Of a stretch of DNA of 64,000 bases, positions 31,802 through 46,800 are shown one piece after another. Each line of letters begins with the position of its first letter. The first letter of the stretch is position 1. Origin of the DNA: an uncultured bacterium (GTDB lineage: Bacteria; Margulisbacteria; WOR-1; O2-12-FULL-45-9); the NCBI GenBank assembly GCA_964568455.1, contig CAZMPJ010000009.1, forward strand, positions 306 to 64,305, in the 5' to 3' direction. The notes under the pieces were generated by a model. The model saw only the letters and a list, made by a program, of their open reading frames with translations. It had not been told where the DNA came from and made no database searches. The position numbers were made by a program, and so were the translations under genes.

Positions 31802-34800
31802 TGCTCAATGCATTCGCCTCTTTTTTCTTCTTCCTGCATAAGTAATAGCTTAGAAGCAGTGACCCAATCTAAAACGTCTTTGTTGGTATAAAAACGTGCT
31901 GGTTTTTTGTCACAGTTTTCACAAGGAATTATTCCTGCGTTTAAATAAATTGCTGCCCATTTGGCAAAATCGTCAGGAATTAAGTCAGGGTGCAATATAT
32001 TTCTTTCCCCGACTTTAGTATATATGCCAGAAAGATCCAACAATTGTCGGGCGGTAGGTCTTTGATTATGAGGAATGTTGAGTAGATCACATAATTTTCT
32101 TCTTTCTTCAAACAAAGGTTTTAATAAATGAGCCCGATAATTTTTAAGCACAGTATCGATTGTTACTTCTGGCGCGCATTTATTACTATGTTCTACTAGA
32201 GATTTAACTAGTTCTAAAGACTCAATATATTTATTGTTATTATCTAAATATTGCTTGAATTCAGTTTTACTTTTGTTAATTTTTGTTTTAAATTGATTTA
32301 TTACAATTGTTTGGATGTAAGATGGATTAATTTCTTCTGGTCCATTGATAGGGACAAGGATAGGCTCTTCCATGCCTCCAATTTTAATAAATAAAGTTCC
32401 CTGACCAGGAACAACTTCCTGATAAGCTACTATAACAGAAACAATTGGTTCTTTGTCTTTAGAGACTAAATAATATACACCACGTTCTTCCCCAGTGATT
32501 ATTTCAAGACTTTCAAGTTCTTTTTCTAATTCTTCTAAGCTCTTTATTTTAGCGGTTATTTTATCTTTGGTTTCTTCTGCTTTGGCTAATTTATCTGATA
32601 AATCTTTAAGAGTTTCAATTCCTTGATTCTTGGTAAAGTCTCTTATGGCAGCTATGTGATTATCAACAGCTTTTTCTTGATCATTAGAAAAAAGCTTATC
32701 AAGCTTTGCTTCGTAATATTTTAAGAGTAAGTCTGGTATAGCGGCATTAAAGCTTGGATATGTTTCTTGTATTTTTTGCCATAGCTCAAAGTAAAGTTCT
32801 AATGGTTTTTGTTGTGGCTTTTCGTGTTTTGAGCCTTTTCTAAAATAAGTTAAACCTTGCATAATTGAACGAACTGTTTTTTTCCTTCTACTGTGAATTA
32901 ATCGGGCATCAGCTTGAGTTAAAGCGCCTCCATTTGTTCCGCCAACTGAATAACCTTTGATTTCTCCGTTAGCTGGTCCATTTAAGCCCATTGTATTAGC
33001 TTCTTCTTCGCTGAGAATTCGCACTGGAAAACCATCAACGTCAATTACATCTATACCAATTTCTCCTGTTTCATGGTCTTTAATATAAGGGATCAGGAAG
33101 GTGCCAAAATATTCATGATAAGCACGAACTATTTCTTGCATTTCCTCTGGTGAAGCATCTTCTAAGGATTTAACCTTGCCATTAAGAGTTAAAGTCTTTA
33201 CTGCTTCAGATTTAGGGTTAATATAACCAAGCTTTGCTAAAGTAAAAATAAGCTCTATCATTAGTAATGGAGAAGTCCAAAATTGAGCTGGGCTAAGAAT
33301 AATATCTTTTTTATCTTTAATTAGGCGACCCAATGATTTGCTTGCTCCCAAAGCTCTAATTGCCATTGTTTTAATGCGTGGTTCATGAATATATTTTTCT
33401 GCTATTTTAAGAGCTTCTGGGTCATATTGATTCCAGGGAATCCCAGCTTGTAATTCAGCTTCCACTAAGAAAGTTACCCAGCACACTAATGCAGCTACGA
33501 CTAAACTTGCTCCTAGTGTTTCTGGTGCGGTAGCAGCAGAGGCACCTAAAAATGTTTCATAAGCAGCTGCTCCATCTAGGGTTGTCATGAGCGTTCCGCC
33601 TGCCATTAACATGGGGTAGGTCACTTTAGTCAGAATAACAATATCTATGAGTGTTGCTGTTGTATCTAGAGCCCAAGCAGTAGCGGTTCCTGGTTTTACT
33701 GCGCCATTTTCACTTAATAAAGTACTATGCAATAATGTGGAAGTAGGGCTCATTGCTACAGCAAAAGGCTTTAAGCCTTGAGCCACAAAGGTAATAGATT
33801 TGCCAAGACCAGTGTCTTTATATTCACCCCAGAATTCTTCTCCCATTTCCCCAGCTAATTCAGCAGCAACCATAGCAATTAACAAGGGCAGATGTTTGGC
33901 AAATTTTACTTTATCAACCATTCTAAGCATAACTGGGCTACCTTGTAAGTATTTCATGGTGAAGATTAGAGCTCCTAAACTGGTCACAGAGCCGAAAGCA
34001 GCATGGCCTTCTTCTCCTGGTTTTGCCACTGCAATTCCTTTAGCAACATCAATTAACATTACTCTATGAATAGCTTGACCTTCACTAATGCCAGCGGTAT
34101 ACATAAACATACCCCGCTTTGCGCCAAAAACACCCCAGTGAAGCATTCCTTGTCCAGCTGCAGTTTGTATTTCATCAGCAGAAGGCATGCCTTTCCCTGA
34201 TAACAGTGAAGCAGCTATTTTAGCTAATGGATCAGCAACCGCACCTAGCAACATTTCTCTAGCGGGAGAATAAGGGCTACTAAAAACTGGGTGTTGTTTG
34301 ATTCTTTTAAACCTACCACCATTTCCACTGCCCTTGCCAAATACTCTGCGTAAAAATTTAGTATAAGTTGGCTTTAAGCCCAGTCCTTCCCAACGACTGA
34401 TAGCTTCTTCAATAAACATCCCTTCCATGGTAGCTTTAACTTCTGCTCTTCCTTCGGGCGTTTCCATTAATTGAGCTTCAGTAAAAACGCCATGATATTT
34501 TTCTAATACTCTTTCTGTAGCACGTTTTTTCAAACCTTCAATGTCAGCTAATTTATCTATTCTTTCCTTAGCTCTTTTTTGCCAGTTACCGCCTTTGGCC
34601 TTTTCTTCGGCTACGATTTGAGCTTTTTCTAAAGTGCTCATAGTTTCAATTAACTGCAGCGCTTTAGTTTGATCCTTTTTAGAAACGTTAGCTAGTAATG
34701 GGATTTCCAGTTTTAATTCTAAACTCTTTCCTTTGTCAGCTTCACCGAGTAAATATTGAATAGCAAAATCAATATTTAAGTGAGGATTGTTTAATTGTAA

Positions 34801-37800
34801 TTGTTTGGCTAATTCTATTAAGGCTTTTTGTCCATCCATAAAAGCGGCTTTATCTGCAGCAGAACCTCTTAGCCCGTCAATTTCACTTTTTTCTACTTTG
34901 GCTAATATTTCCTCTGCTCTTTGAGCATTAATCACTTCAACGCTATATTCTTTGCCACCTTTTCTTTCAATTTTTACTTCTATTGCTCCATTGGCTCTTA
35001 AAAGATTCATTAGCGCGATATCGCCAGCTTTAACTCGATCAACTAATCTAAGATCAACACCTTCTAAAAACATGAAAGTGGTTTCAGTCATTATTTTTGT
35101 GCCTTTAGTAGGTTTTTTTGCTTCGACTTCAGCAGCTTCTGTTAAAGCCTTTTCTTGGATTGCCCTAGATTTTAATTTGCTCATTTCTGTTAAAGTGTCT
35201 ACTTGACTAATACTGCCTGAAACAAGTCTATTTCTTAGGTGTTTTAATTTGAAAATATCTTGATTTGTTTCAGTCGTAGCTGGTTGAGCTTCTAGATTAT
35301 TTAGTCTAATATCAACAGCTAACTTAGCCAATTCCTGAAAGGTAATATTGCTGCTGCTTTTTTCTTTTGCCTCAAGCAATATTCTTCTTTCTTGAGGAGT
35401 TAAATCAAGAGCACTAGAAACTTCTATCAGGCTTTTTAATTCACTAATTCTTGCTTCCCAAGTGGTAAGGTCTGCTTCAGTAACTTTGTGTTTTTTCATG
35501 CGGCTAGCACCGTGGCGGCTGTGTCTAAAGTATTTTATGCGAGCTTCTAAAGAAAGTATTTGTTTTGCTAGTTCAGTAGGAGTATCAATAAAAGTAGTGT
35601 CAGCATTTTCTAGATAATTTAAGAAGTTTTCATGAGCTTTTTTGTCGTTTTGGGCATCAAGATTTACTTTTTTAGCCCCAATTTGTTTAACTTGGTCAAC
35701 TTGGCTGGTTTCAAAGCCCAAATCAATGGCAAAATAATTGCGATAAGCATCTTTGTTGGATCTGCCAAATCTGAACATTTGCCTCCACAGAACTTCAACA
35801 TCTGCTTTTAAGAGCTTGCCCTCAAACAGACCTTTTAATGTTTCAAAGTCAACAATGTTGTGATCAAAATAATAGCCTAATCTTAATAGTTTGCGCCCTT
35901 CAATGAATTTGGCAGGATCCACACCTAGTTTTTCTCTTAAAATCTTTTCAGCTGCCAGATAATCTTTATGTTTTATGGCTTTTTTGCCATTGTAACGAGC
36001 TAGTTTTCTTAAAAGCTTAACTTCTTTTCCGGTTAATTCAGCAAATCTTTCTACTGGCACATCTTTTAAGCAATCTAGTGAATCAAATTTTAACAAGGTA
36101 TTCTTGTTGCGATTTGCTCTTTCAAAAGCAGCACTATCTAAATGAGTAGTTGGTGCATCTTTGTCTGGTTCGATTGCATCAACTTTTCTTTGGCGAGTTT
36201 TTACTAAATCAGTTACTTGTAAAATTAAAGCAGAAACAGGCTCAGCTACAGCGTGAGAAGCGTTAGAGCCAAGTTTTATAAAACTGGCTTTGCCTTGGCT
36301 GTTAAATACTAGATGGCCAACTGTTTTTGTTTTGGCATCATAACACCAGAATTTACCACTGCTGTCAGCCTTGTAAGTATAAACCTCTCCTTTGATTTTA
36401 ACTTTTCCGCTCAAAGGAATTTTTGCTTTGGCAACCTTTACTTTTATTTCGGTTTCAGTTTGTGTCTTGGTTTCTCTTTGAGCATTTTCAAGATCAATTT
36501 CAGTAATACTAATATCATGGCGCAGGTGATGGGCGCTAAAACCAGGGAACATTCGTTTCCAAAGTTTTTCTAAAAGAGAGGCGGTGGCTCTTTTACCAAG
36601 ATTAGCCATTTCTTTTTTCTTAAAATCATCACTTTGATTATCAAGTTGGAGGTTTTGAATAGCATTCATGCCATCAACAACTAAAGCGTAGTGTTCGCCA
36701 ACCAGTTCTCGCAATTCTAACTCTCTTTGACTAAGTTTTCTTACTTGTCCGCCTTCATCGCGATATTCAAATTCGCGATTGCTAAAGCTGTCCAATGACC
36801 CTTCAGTTGTAGTAAGTTTAAAAGAATTAAACAGTTTTTCACCTAGAGCTTTGATTAAGGCTGCGCGGCTAGGAATTTTGCGGCTGATAGTTACTTTGCG
36901 GCCTTTTGTGGTTTCATTTAACTTTCGTTCTAATTCAGTTAATTTAGTTTCGTCTTTTAAGTCTGCATCAGTTTCAATGCCAACTTCTTTAAGTAATAAA
37001 TCAAGGTATGATTCAATGGCTAAGCGGTAAAAAGTGTTAAAGTCAGACAGATTAGCAGATAAATCACTGATAGTTGCTAAGCTGTCATATTTTAAAGCAG
37101 CTCGATCAAATAAGCGTTGCATAGATTCAAAATTTCGCTGATATTCTCTGCGGAAAGCTTCATTAACAAAGTAATTAATAGCTTTGTTGTTTGGATCATA
37201 TAAGTTTACTGGTTTGTCTTCTCCGCCGGCAGCTTCTGCGGCAGCTTTTAGAGCGGGTTTTTCTATTTTTTCGTTTAATTGGTTGAAAACTGCATCTCCA
37301 TCGCCAGTATAAACACTGGAGGTTCCTGGAAAATAGTTTCGAGCACCACGACCAATACTTTGCAGAATCTTGGCTTCGGTTTTAGCGCCAGCTGAAATTA
37401 CATGTAAGCCGCCTTCAGTAAAATTAGTTTCAGCGCCACCTTTAACTAAACTGGCTTCACCAGCACGGGCAATAGCTTCGGTAATACCAGCTTGTACTTG
37501 AATATCAAGACCGCGAGAGAAGTACGTAACAGTAACTGTACCAGCATGTCCAGCTTGAGTGATTTTTGCTTCTCGAATGATTTCTTGAGCGCTGCCTTTA
37601 ACTCGTTGACCTTTTTCATAAGCAACTAGTTTGCCTCTTTTCACTTTAAATTCATAATTTCCTAGTTTGTAAGAACCGTGTTGTCTGACTAGCCCTTTAA
37701 GCCGTTCGATTTCTGCTTTGTTTTCACCATAATCTTCACCTGTAAAGGTTTGAATTAAGACGCCTTCTCGTTGGCCTAATTCTTCAACATATTCTTTAAA

Positions 37801-40800
37801 TTGCTCTGGTGTTTCAAGTACAATAAAGACAGGGCGATTGCTTTTGGCAGTGGCTACAGCTTCTTCAGCAGCAGCTTGTCTGCGGGCGGTTGCGTCAAAG
37901 ATAAAAGTGCGGTCTCTGCGCACAACACTTAATTTTTTACCTTGTAATTTAGGATGTTTAGGTAGAATTTCTTGTTTCCAAATTTGTTTTGCTTCGGCAG
38001 CAGAAAAACCATAAACGTAGATTTTGCCAACGATGTCTTTAGTGTGGGCTCCAGTGTCTTTCAACTCTAGTGTTTCTTCTGCGGCTAAAGCTAGTTGTTC
38101 CAATTTGGCTGTGACTTTAGCTTTGTCTGTGCCAAAATGAAGTTCTGCTCTTGGGATATAAGGAGGAATTTCAACTACTCTAAAGCCCAAGTCAGCATAA
38201 GCATGGGTAATTACTTCGTGAGAAGCTGCCAAAGAGCCAGATAAACCAACTACTTTTCTGTGATGCAGAAAGACTTTTCTAATATCAATATCAGCCACAG
38301 TCATGGTTTCTCGTTCAATTGGCAGGCCGTAGACTAGTCTTAAAGCTTCATCCAAACCATTACCAAAACGCTTATCAGGTGATTCATCGCCACTTTCTTC
38401 TAATGGCACAATTGATTTAGCAGTTACTATCTTTATGGTTCTTTCTTCGCCATCAACAATAATTGTTTTTTCTTTTTCTTTTTTACCTTTGACCTTGAAT
38501 TTAGTTTGATGAGATAAACGTTTTTCTACTCCTTCATATTCTTTTTCCCGGTAAAGCTGATAAGCTTGTTTTAAAGCTTCAAATTGCATTTGAGCAAAAG
38601 CATCGTAACCACCGTATTTTTTCATGCCTTGTTCAATAAACCTAATTCCTGCTTCAGTGTATTCACCAGTTTTTTGATTAAAGCAAAGAGGATTATTAAT
38701 AACTTGTTGGAAGACTTTGTGGGCGTGTTTCCATTTGTTTTTGGTTCTGGCCATTGTAACAGTGTCAACCCACATGTTTTGAGTTTCACCTTTAGGTCCT
38801 GCAATAGTGTAGGTGGTTTCTGCTGTTTCAATACCATATAAATCCCATTCATCAGCAATTACAGCGCCTCGAGGCACTTTTACTTCGCCGCCACCAAGGT
38901 CAAAAGCATGACTGGATACATCAACAACTACTACATTACAAGTGTCATACACTCTTTGTCGTTCTTGAGGAGTATATGATTTGCCAGTATCAGGGTTTTT
39001 GCTATATAAGAAACCTACTTTAAGCCCAGCTCCGGTTAGTAATCTCATTAAAGGATCTTTGGCCATCTGCTCAACTAGCGGATCACCGGTAGTAAAGATA
39101 TATACTTTGTTGTAATGGGCAGATAACTGTACAGCAGTTAAAACGTCAATTAAAGTTTTACCACCACCAGTTTCTAAGTGGATTAAATGATTGCCTGGGG
39201 CAGCAAGAATTTCAGTTGATTGTTGCTGGACTAAACGTACAGTTTTGCCTGGTTTTTTGATTTCTCCCTTTTTGTTTCTTTCTTCAGTAGCAAATCTTGC
39301 AGCAGCAATAGTCCATTTACTCATTTCCAGAGAACCAATTTCTCCGTTGCGATATTGGTTTGCTGCAGTTCTATAATCAGTCCAGAATTCAGCAGGTTTG
39401 TCTTGGTAGCTATCTGCTAATTCAATGCCTTGTTGTCTAGCTGCAAGACTTGAAGGTTTCACTTCATCTAAATGTCTTTGATTCTCTGTGGCGTCAAGTG
39501 GTTGGTTGGTAAGGGTGGGTAGTTTAGTTGTTGATTCTGGCTTAGTTTGTCCATTAGTTCTAGCTTTTTCCTTAAGGTCTTTAAGAATTTGAGCATTATA
39601 ATCTTTTGGTAGAACTAGCCAAATTTTGCAATCAGCATCAGTGGCGCCATAAGGTCGTTCAACAATATAGCCTGGTTCAGCGCCTTCTATTACTCTAACT
39701 TTAGTTATTTCTACCCAGTTGCCGTTCCATTCAATAAAAAAGCCTTTTCTAGCGGGATCATAGTGCAGGATTTCAGCTAATTGACCTTCGCCTTTTTTAG
39801 CTTTTTCAACTTCTCTGGTTAAAGATTTATTGCGGCTGGCTTCTCCAGCACCAGTATTTTTAAGCTTACCATTGCTAAGGCCAATTTCTGCTAGGGTGTC
39901 AGTTGGATTAATATCATGGCTATTAAAAGCTTTGTGTTGTTTTTCTTTGTCAGACAAAGCACGTTTGGTAGCATTAATAGCGCCTTTAATACCAAATCTT
40001 ATAGTTAGATCAACTGTATGGTCTGCGATACCAAAAGCATAGTCCATTGGCCAAGTCCAAACTCTAGCCAAGCTCCTACCTAAGCGACCACCTTCGTGTA
40101 GGGCGGTTCTGGCTTCATGATCAACTACTAACCACGGAGAAATTAAAGTGCCTTTAAAAAATTGGCCAATTCCTCTTCTCCACTTTGAACCAGTTGTTTC
40201 TTTGCCTGTTTCTGAATCAAGTTTTCTATTGAGGGTAGCGTTGTTGATTGATTCTATGACAAAACGGATTAAACCAGCTTCTCTAATGCGGCTGTGAGTA
40301 GTAGAATCAAAAGGTTTGCCACTGAAATCACGGAATAAATCTTGCAGAGCACTAATTGGCCTAGAAAGTGCACCATGTTTCGCAAACCTTCTCATAAAGT
40401 TGGGTGCTTTTTTATGCAGATATTGAAGCATTTTTCTGCCTAGAGGGAATTTATTTAATGCTCCAGCAACTTGAGCATCAAAAGCCATGGTATTAGACCA
40501 AATGCTTCTTTGGCCGCCCATCATAGTCAAATAGTTTATGGCATACCAAATAGCCAAGGCATTACCAAAGTGGCCTTGTTTTACTTCTTCAAAAAATTCG
40601 CGGTACCAGATAAAAGCCATGCTGCGCCAGAAAAAGATATGGAATAAGTATTTGGTCCCACTTAATTTATCCCAACCTTCACCATTGATAAGTTGATCAA
40701 TAACTTCTTTACTTAGATCAACATAGATCCACTTGTACATGAAAAAGCGAAACATTACTTGTTGAAAGATCAATTTCATGGCAACTTCGCCACCAGTGTT

Positions 40801-43800
40801 GGAATTTATAACCTGATTTAATATTTTTGTGCCCCAGTCATCACCAGGTAATTGGGAAAGATTAAATAGGAATTCTTCTCGCCAATCACTGTCAGTAGGC
40901 GGGATTAAATATTCTAAAATGCCTTCACTGCTTTCAATCTCGCCAATAATTTTTCCTTTAGTTCCAACAACATCTTCTTTTCCTTGGGCCATGTTAAGTT
41001 TTCTGCCAATATGTTTTAGGGTAGTGTAGTGTTCTTCTTTTAGAGATCCATCATCATTAAAAGCAGCAGAATTTTTTAATAATGTTTCAAGTTTAGCTAA
41101 TTCTTCTTGTTCGTTTTTAATACCAGATCCAGGCAAGATCTTAGTGAGAATTTCTATATCATGTTTCATGATTACACCTAGGCCAGGGTTATCACCAAAT
41201 AGATAATTGTAATAAGCATCTGGGTCTTGGAATCTTAGGATGGTGTCGTAATAGTTAACTGCCATGAGCTTTAAGCCTTTTACTTCTAAACTTAAATCAT
41301 CTTCTGCAGCAAAACCTGCTTCTTCAGCTACTTCTGCTATATGTTCTGGAGTAATAGCAAGATTAATACTAGCAGCTAAAGCCTGTTTGAAAGATAAAAG
41401 TAAATCTTCGTTATGATCTCCTTCGGCAACAGCATCAAGTGAGAAAATAGTGTCACTTTCTAATGTTGCAAAAACAGCAGCAGCATTTTCTATGACTAAA
41501 TTATGAGCATTATGTTTGCGCATTCTCTGATCAGTTATAAAGTCATAATAGTATTCTTTATAAAGTTCGTCTTTACCTTGAGAAATAACCCATTGCGTAG
41601 CTTCATCAAAAACACCATCTGTTTGGAGATATTTACTATTAATAAACCATTCAACAAATTCTTTGGTTACTGCATCACTTTCAATGATGTTAATAATAGA
41701 ATCAAGTTCTTGCTGAAGAAGCCATCTTTTATAAACAAGCTCTTCTAATTTAGGATCGTCAGGCTTAATTTCCTTGATTTGTTTGGTTAAGCTGTCGATT
41801 TGGGTACGTAATTTTTGAGCTTCCTTGGCTAAGCCATTATCTTTAGCCCATTGCCGTTTTAAGAAAACTAGGTTAGTACGTTGTGGTTTGGCTTGCAAAC
41901 CAGTAGTAATCATATTAGGTGCCATTTCATACCATTTTCTTTGAGCTTCCATAGCGCCTAAACCAACTACTTGTGTTCTTTGCCAAAGGGCTTTTGCTCC
42001 TTTATTATCAGGATTTAGTTTCATGTATTTTGCCAAAAGCTTAGTATCAATAGTGGTGTGTCCTTCAGCTTTTAGCTCCTTAGCCATTATTCTTAAGTCT
42101 TCAATTTCTTCTTGGTTAAAGCTATAAGCATCATCTGGGCGGACACTTTTAACTAATAGAGCTAAATGCTTATCTTTGATTTCTTTTGCTCTTTGTTTAA
42201 GTAGAGCATATTCTTCAGCACTGATATATACTTTCTCTTCTTGTTTACGTTTTTCTTCTAAAGAACGCAGCCAAGCAATATCTTTTTCATCTAGGGCGTT
42301 GTCTTTATCAAACTGAACCCGTTCTGTACCAGATTGGGTAGCCATCATAATGGTTCTGATTAATTGATCTTCATTTTTAAGTAATTTATCTAAAAGCCTA
42401 ATTCTCTTTTTATCTTGTTCGGTTTTTTCTTTTTTGCTTTCTAATTTAGCTTTTTCTTGTTTAAGAATTTCTCTTATGTCTGTGGCAAGTAGTTTTTGAG
42501 CTAAATCATAGAGTGCATCACTTTTTTCTACGCTTAACAAGTAAGTTCTTAGTTCTTTATCTAAGTAAACAGGGTAGTGGACTCTAATATTGGACTTGTT
42601 TTTCTCCATCCATTCAGCTGCTTTTAAAAGATCTGCTGGTGTTAAAGGAGTTAAAACGGTATCTCCAGGATCGCCAGAAGCAAGCGGAATGCCCATTTGC
42701 AGCCATTGTTTCTTAAGAGCTAATAAGCGGTAGATTTTGTAACCATATAATTTGCCTGGAGGCAAATTTCTTAATTGAGCAAAAGTTGGTACAGCTTTAG
42801 CTGCTTCTTTTTCATCAACAGGAATAAAAGAACCATCTACTAAACGAACTGTAGGGACAAAAGCAAAGCCTTGAATTTCTATTTCAGTTTTTTGATAATC
42901 TGTAAAAGCCTGACTGATCAATTCTGGATAAATGTCAATTTTAGCAATGCGCTCACTTAAGGTTTTAAGATCTTCTTTGCTGATGGTTTTGTTGTTTAGG
43001 TAAGCATCTTTTATGCGTTCATAAGTAACTTTGTTTTCTGGGTCTACTTTAATTAAGTAAAGCAGCAAACAAAGCACAAAACCTACATTATTAAACTGAT
43101 TTAATTTATTTTCGTTGTCAGCTAAAGCTCTTTGAGCGTGGGCTTTGAGCATTTGGCCGATTTTGGTTTCTTTTAAAGCGCGGGTTAGATCTAAGTACTT
43201 TTCTGATTCATCTATTTTAATAGTATATTTTAATTTAAATACTTTTGGCAGCTCTTTGTTTCTTTTTAGACCTTCTGGTTTAGGGTTATTTTGGAGCTGT
43301 TTGGTAATTGCGGCTTCATCAATGTTTTTATCATCTAAAGCCGCTCTGTAAAAAAGAACTAAATCTTCGTTTTGTAAAGAGCCTTTTCCAGTCAATCCTT
43401 CACGAATACGTTTATAAGCAGCTTTTTCTTCAGGTTTTTCTGCTCTTTGTTCTAGATAGTAGGCCATCTGATATAAATAATTAGTTGTTTCAAGCGCAAG
43501 GCCTTTGTTGGCATGGAAAGCTAAACCAAGTTTAGTGTACATGAATACATGAGCTAAACTTTGTTTGCCTTTCCAGGTAGCAGCATAAGCCCTAAGCAAG
43601 CTGCCTTCGTCTGTTTCGCTCCAAGAAAGAGCAATGGGCTTTTTCTCGGTTTTGTCATACTTAGTTCGCTTAGGTCCTTGAGTCAGTTGTTTTTCTGTTA
43701 CTTGGGTAGCTTTGCGATTTTTGAAACTATAAAGGGCATTAATAGTGGCTTCATCCATTTGCCCCCATTTAAAAGTAACGCCAGGAATCCCAGATAAATA

Positions 43801-46800
43801 AGGAATACCATTTTTATCTTCAACTTCCATGAGCATGGTTTGAAGATTAAAAATGTAACTTTCTTGATCAATACCTTGGCCAGTATAAGAAAAATATATG
43901 CTTTCTGCTTTAATTTTTTCTGGTTTTTCAAAAGGATCAAGCGGTGAATGTATTTCTACTGTTACTACAAACTGCATTTCTTCAGCAGTCCTTCTGTAAC
44001 GGATATAGCTGTGAGCAGGAGCTAATACCCTTTGAGAAATTTTGCCTTGGGCTTGTAAACTGCCAATTAAAGCAGCAGCTTCAAGAAGTTTATTAGCTGC
44101 TAACAGTTGACATAGTTCAGCATAAATTTCAGGAGAGTCTTGTTTTAAATCTTTTAAAAAGAGATCACTGATTTTCTCTGATTTGAGTTCTTCAAATTTT
44201 GCTTCAACTTTGCCTTCTTCTTTTGAGCCTTCAGAAAGCAAAACTTCGAGCTCAAGTTCAAAGGTTAAAGTTTCAACGTCCATGCCTGCTTTTTTGAGAT
44301 CAGACATGTTGTTATTTAAATATTCTAAAGCCTTGGCGCTACCTTGATCTGAATATACTATTTGGAATTCATATTGTTTTTTTACTGCATCAACGTTTAC
44401 TCCGGCTTCTCGATATTCAGCTTCTTTTTTCTCAACCAGAACTAATATTTCGCGGTAGGCAACATTACCTTTCTCAGCTAATTCACTTATTTCAAGCTGT
44501 GCTTCAAAATATTTTAATTCTTTACTAGTTAATTTATCTTTTCTTTCTGTTACAAAAGCCCTGGCTTCTTTAACGCTGTCTTTGAGCTTTTTGCTGAATT
44601 CAAGACGGGTTAAATATTTATCCAATTCTTTCTTAGTAGTTGCTTTTTCGTATTTTTCTTTAAAATCAGGCTTATTTGCTTCTGCTAATGCTTCTTCAAA
44701 GCCTTTTCTTTCTTGAATATCTTGGATGTAAAGTTGTAAATATTGTTGTTGATAAGAATCTGCTCCTTTTTTGCCACCGCCAAAGGCAATAATAATGGTT
44801 GTTTTGTTGGCTTTTAAATATTCTAGAGCGGTTTTTGCACTGATTTGAGTTTTTTCTTGGATGATTAGGGTTTGTTTGAGTTGTTTAAGCTCTTTTTCAA
44901 TGCCTTTTATCTCAAAACCAAGATCAATTTTCCCCGTTAACACATCTTCAACAAATTGGATGGCTTTTTCTTCTTTGCCAGCATTTTCTTCGATTATCTG
45001 CATGGCTTTGGCACGAACTAGCATGAGCTGAATATTACGTTTGCTATTTGATTTTAAAGGATAGTTTTTGCCATAAGTTTCGTTTGTTAATACAATTTCT
45101 AATTGTTTAATTACTTGATTATATTCTTTTTTAGCAAAAGAAGATTGAATATCTAGCATAAAAAGCTGAAAATTAACGTCCACTTGAACAGCTTCTAATT
45201 CAGCCTGGTGAGTTTCTAAATATTCTTTTGCCTCAGAAGTTACTAGGTCTTCTAGTATTTTGGCTGTTTTTTGAGTATGGAGAATTTCCAGCATACGATC
45301 TAATTCTTTATCTTGGAAATACTCTTTTGCCTTAGCAATAGCTTCATCAAACTTTTCATCTTCAAGCGATTTTTCTACGTCTAATTTTTCCAAAAGATCA
45401 TTTGGTTCAATGCCTAGCTCACGTAGATGCTTTGTATTTGCTTTAATATATGCTTTGGTAGCATCAATACCTTCTAAGGTTTGTTTTGCAGCTAATTTTG
45501 TTTCTTCTACAAACTTTTGATAACGGAAATTGCTACCAAGCAATACTACTAAGGCAGCTTTATTAGTTTCTAATTCAGCTATGCCTGTGTCCCAACCTTT
45601 TTCAAGGCCTGCGTTAACAAAAATATCAACATAGTCTTCTTTAGCCCCGGCAGCCCTAAGGCCGGCTAGCTGAGCTGCCAACCTTAGAACTTCGTTGTCT
45701 TTTAGCGTGATCTCTTTGCCCGTCTCTTTGCCTGTTAAGAAAAGAGAGGTATTAAAAGAGCCGCTAGCCAGGGTATCTTTTAATATCGTTTCTGCTTTGG
45801 AATATTGTTTGTTTGCTACTAATTCTTGGATTTTGATTAGTAAGAGATAGAAGTAAACATTAACATCATATTTAGTATATTCTTCTGCGTGTTCTTTTAT
45901 ATAAGCTTTTGCCTGCTTAAGGCTCATATCTTCCAGTTTTTTAATCAGCTTTTGGCCATAAATACTTTCCATCATTGAGTCATAAGCGCCTTCTTCATAA
46001 CCGGCTTCGGTGTGGAAATATTTTTTGGCTAGTTTTTCTGCTTTAGTAAACTTTTCTTGTTTAAGTAAGGCTTCAATTTCTTGTGATTGCCAGAAAAGCT
46101 CCATTTCTTCTTCAATATCTTTAGCTTCCCATCTGGCTTTAACATCGTCTCTGGCAATATATTTCTTGACAGCCTCAATGCCTTGACCTTTTTCATCCAT
46201 CATTACAGAAATAATGACTTTGTCATAATTAGCCTCACCGATGAGCTTGATATGATCTTCTTTATTAGCTTCAAATTCTTTTAAAGCAGCTTCAAAGCCC
46301 TTTTCTTCAACAGCAGTTTTAAAGGCATCTTTAATTTTAGCCATGCGGGCGTTAAGTAAGAGGTTGAGTAAAACAGATACTTTTCTAGGGTCAGTTTCAG
46401 GTGTTTTTTCTTTGTCTTCGGGTTGCAATATTTCTTTGATTTGTTTTTCAACTATATCGTATTCTTTGGCTTCTATCAGTTCTTTCCAGCCAAGGACTTG
46501 AAGCTCAAAAGAAGCAATTAGATCAAAGTCTTCTTGGTCTTTTGCTTTATTTAGCCAAGTTTCCGCATCATCAAAGCCTAAAGTGGCCTGCCAGGCAAGG
46601 GCAACCCTTTCATCGTGTTCATCAACCTGCTTTTTGACATTTTTAAGCATGCCAACTTCGCTTCTGGTTAAGCGAGCACCGTTTTCCAACTCGCCTTTTT
46701 CAAGCAAACTTTCAATTTTATCTTTTGCTTCAGCATACTTATTGTCTTGGAGTAATCCCTGGATTTCAAAGTAAGTAATGTAAAAATCAACATTAACGCC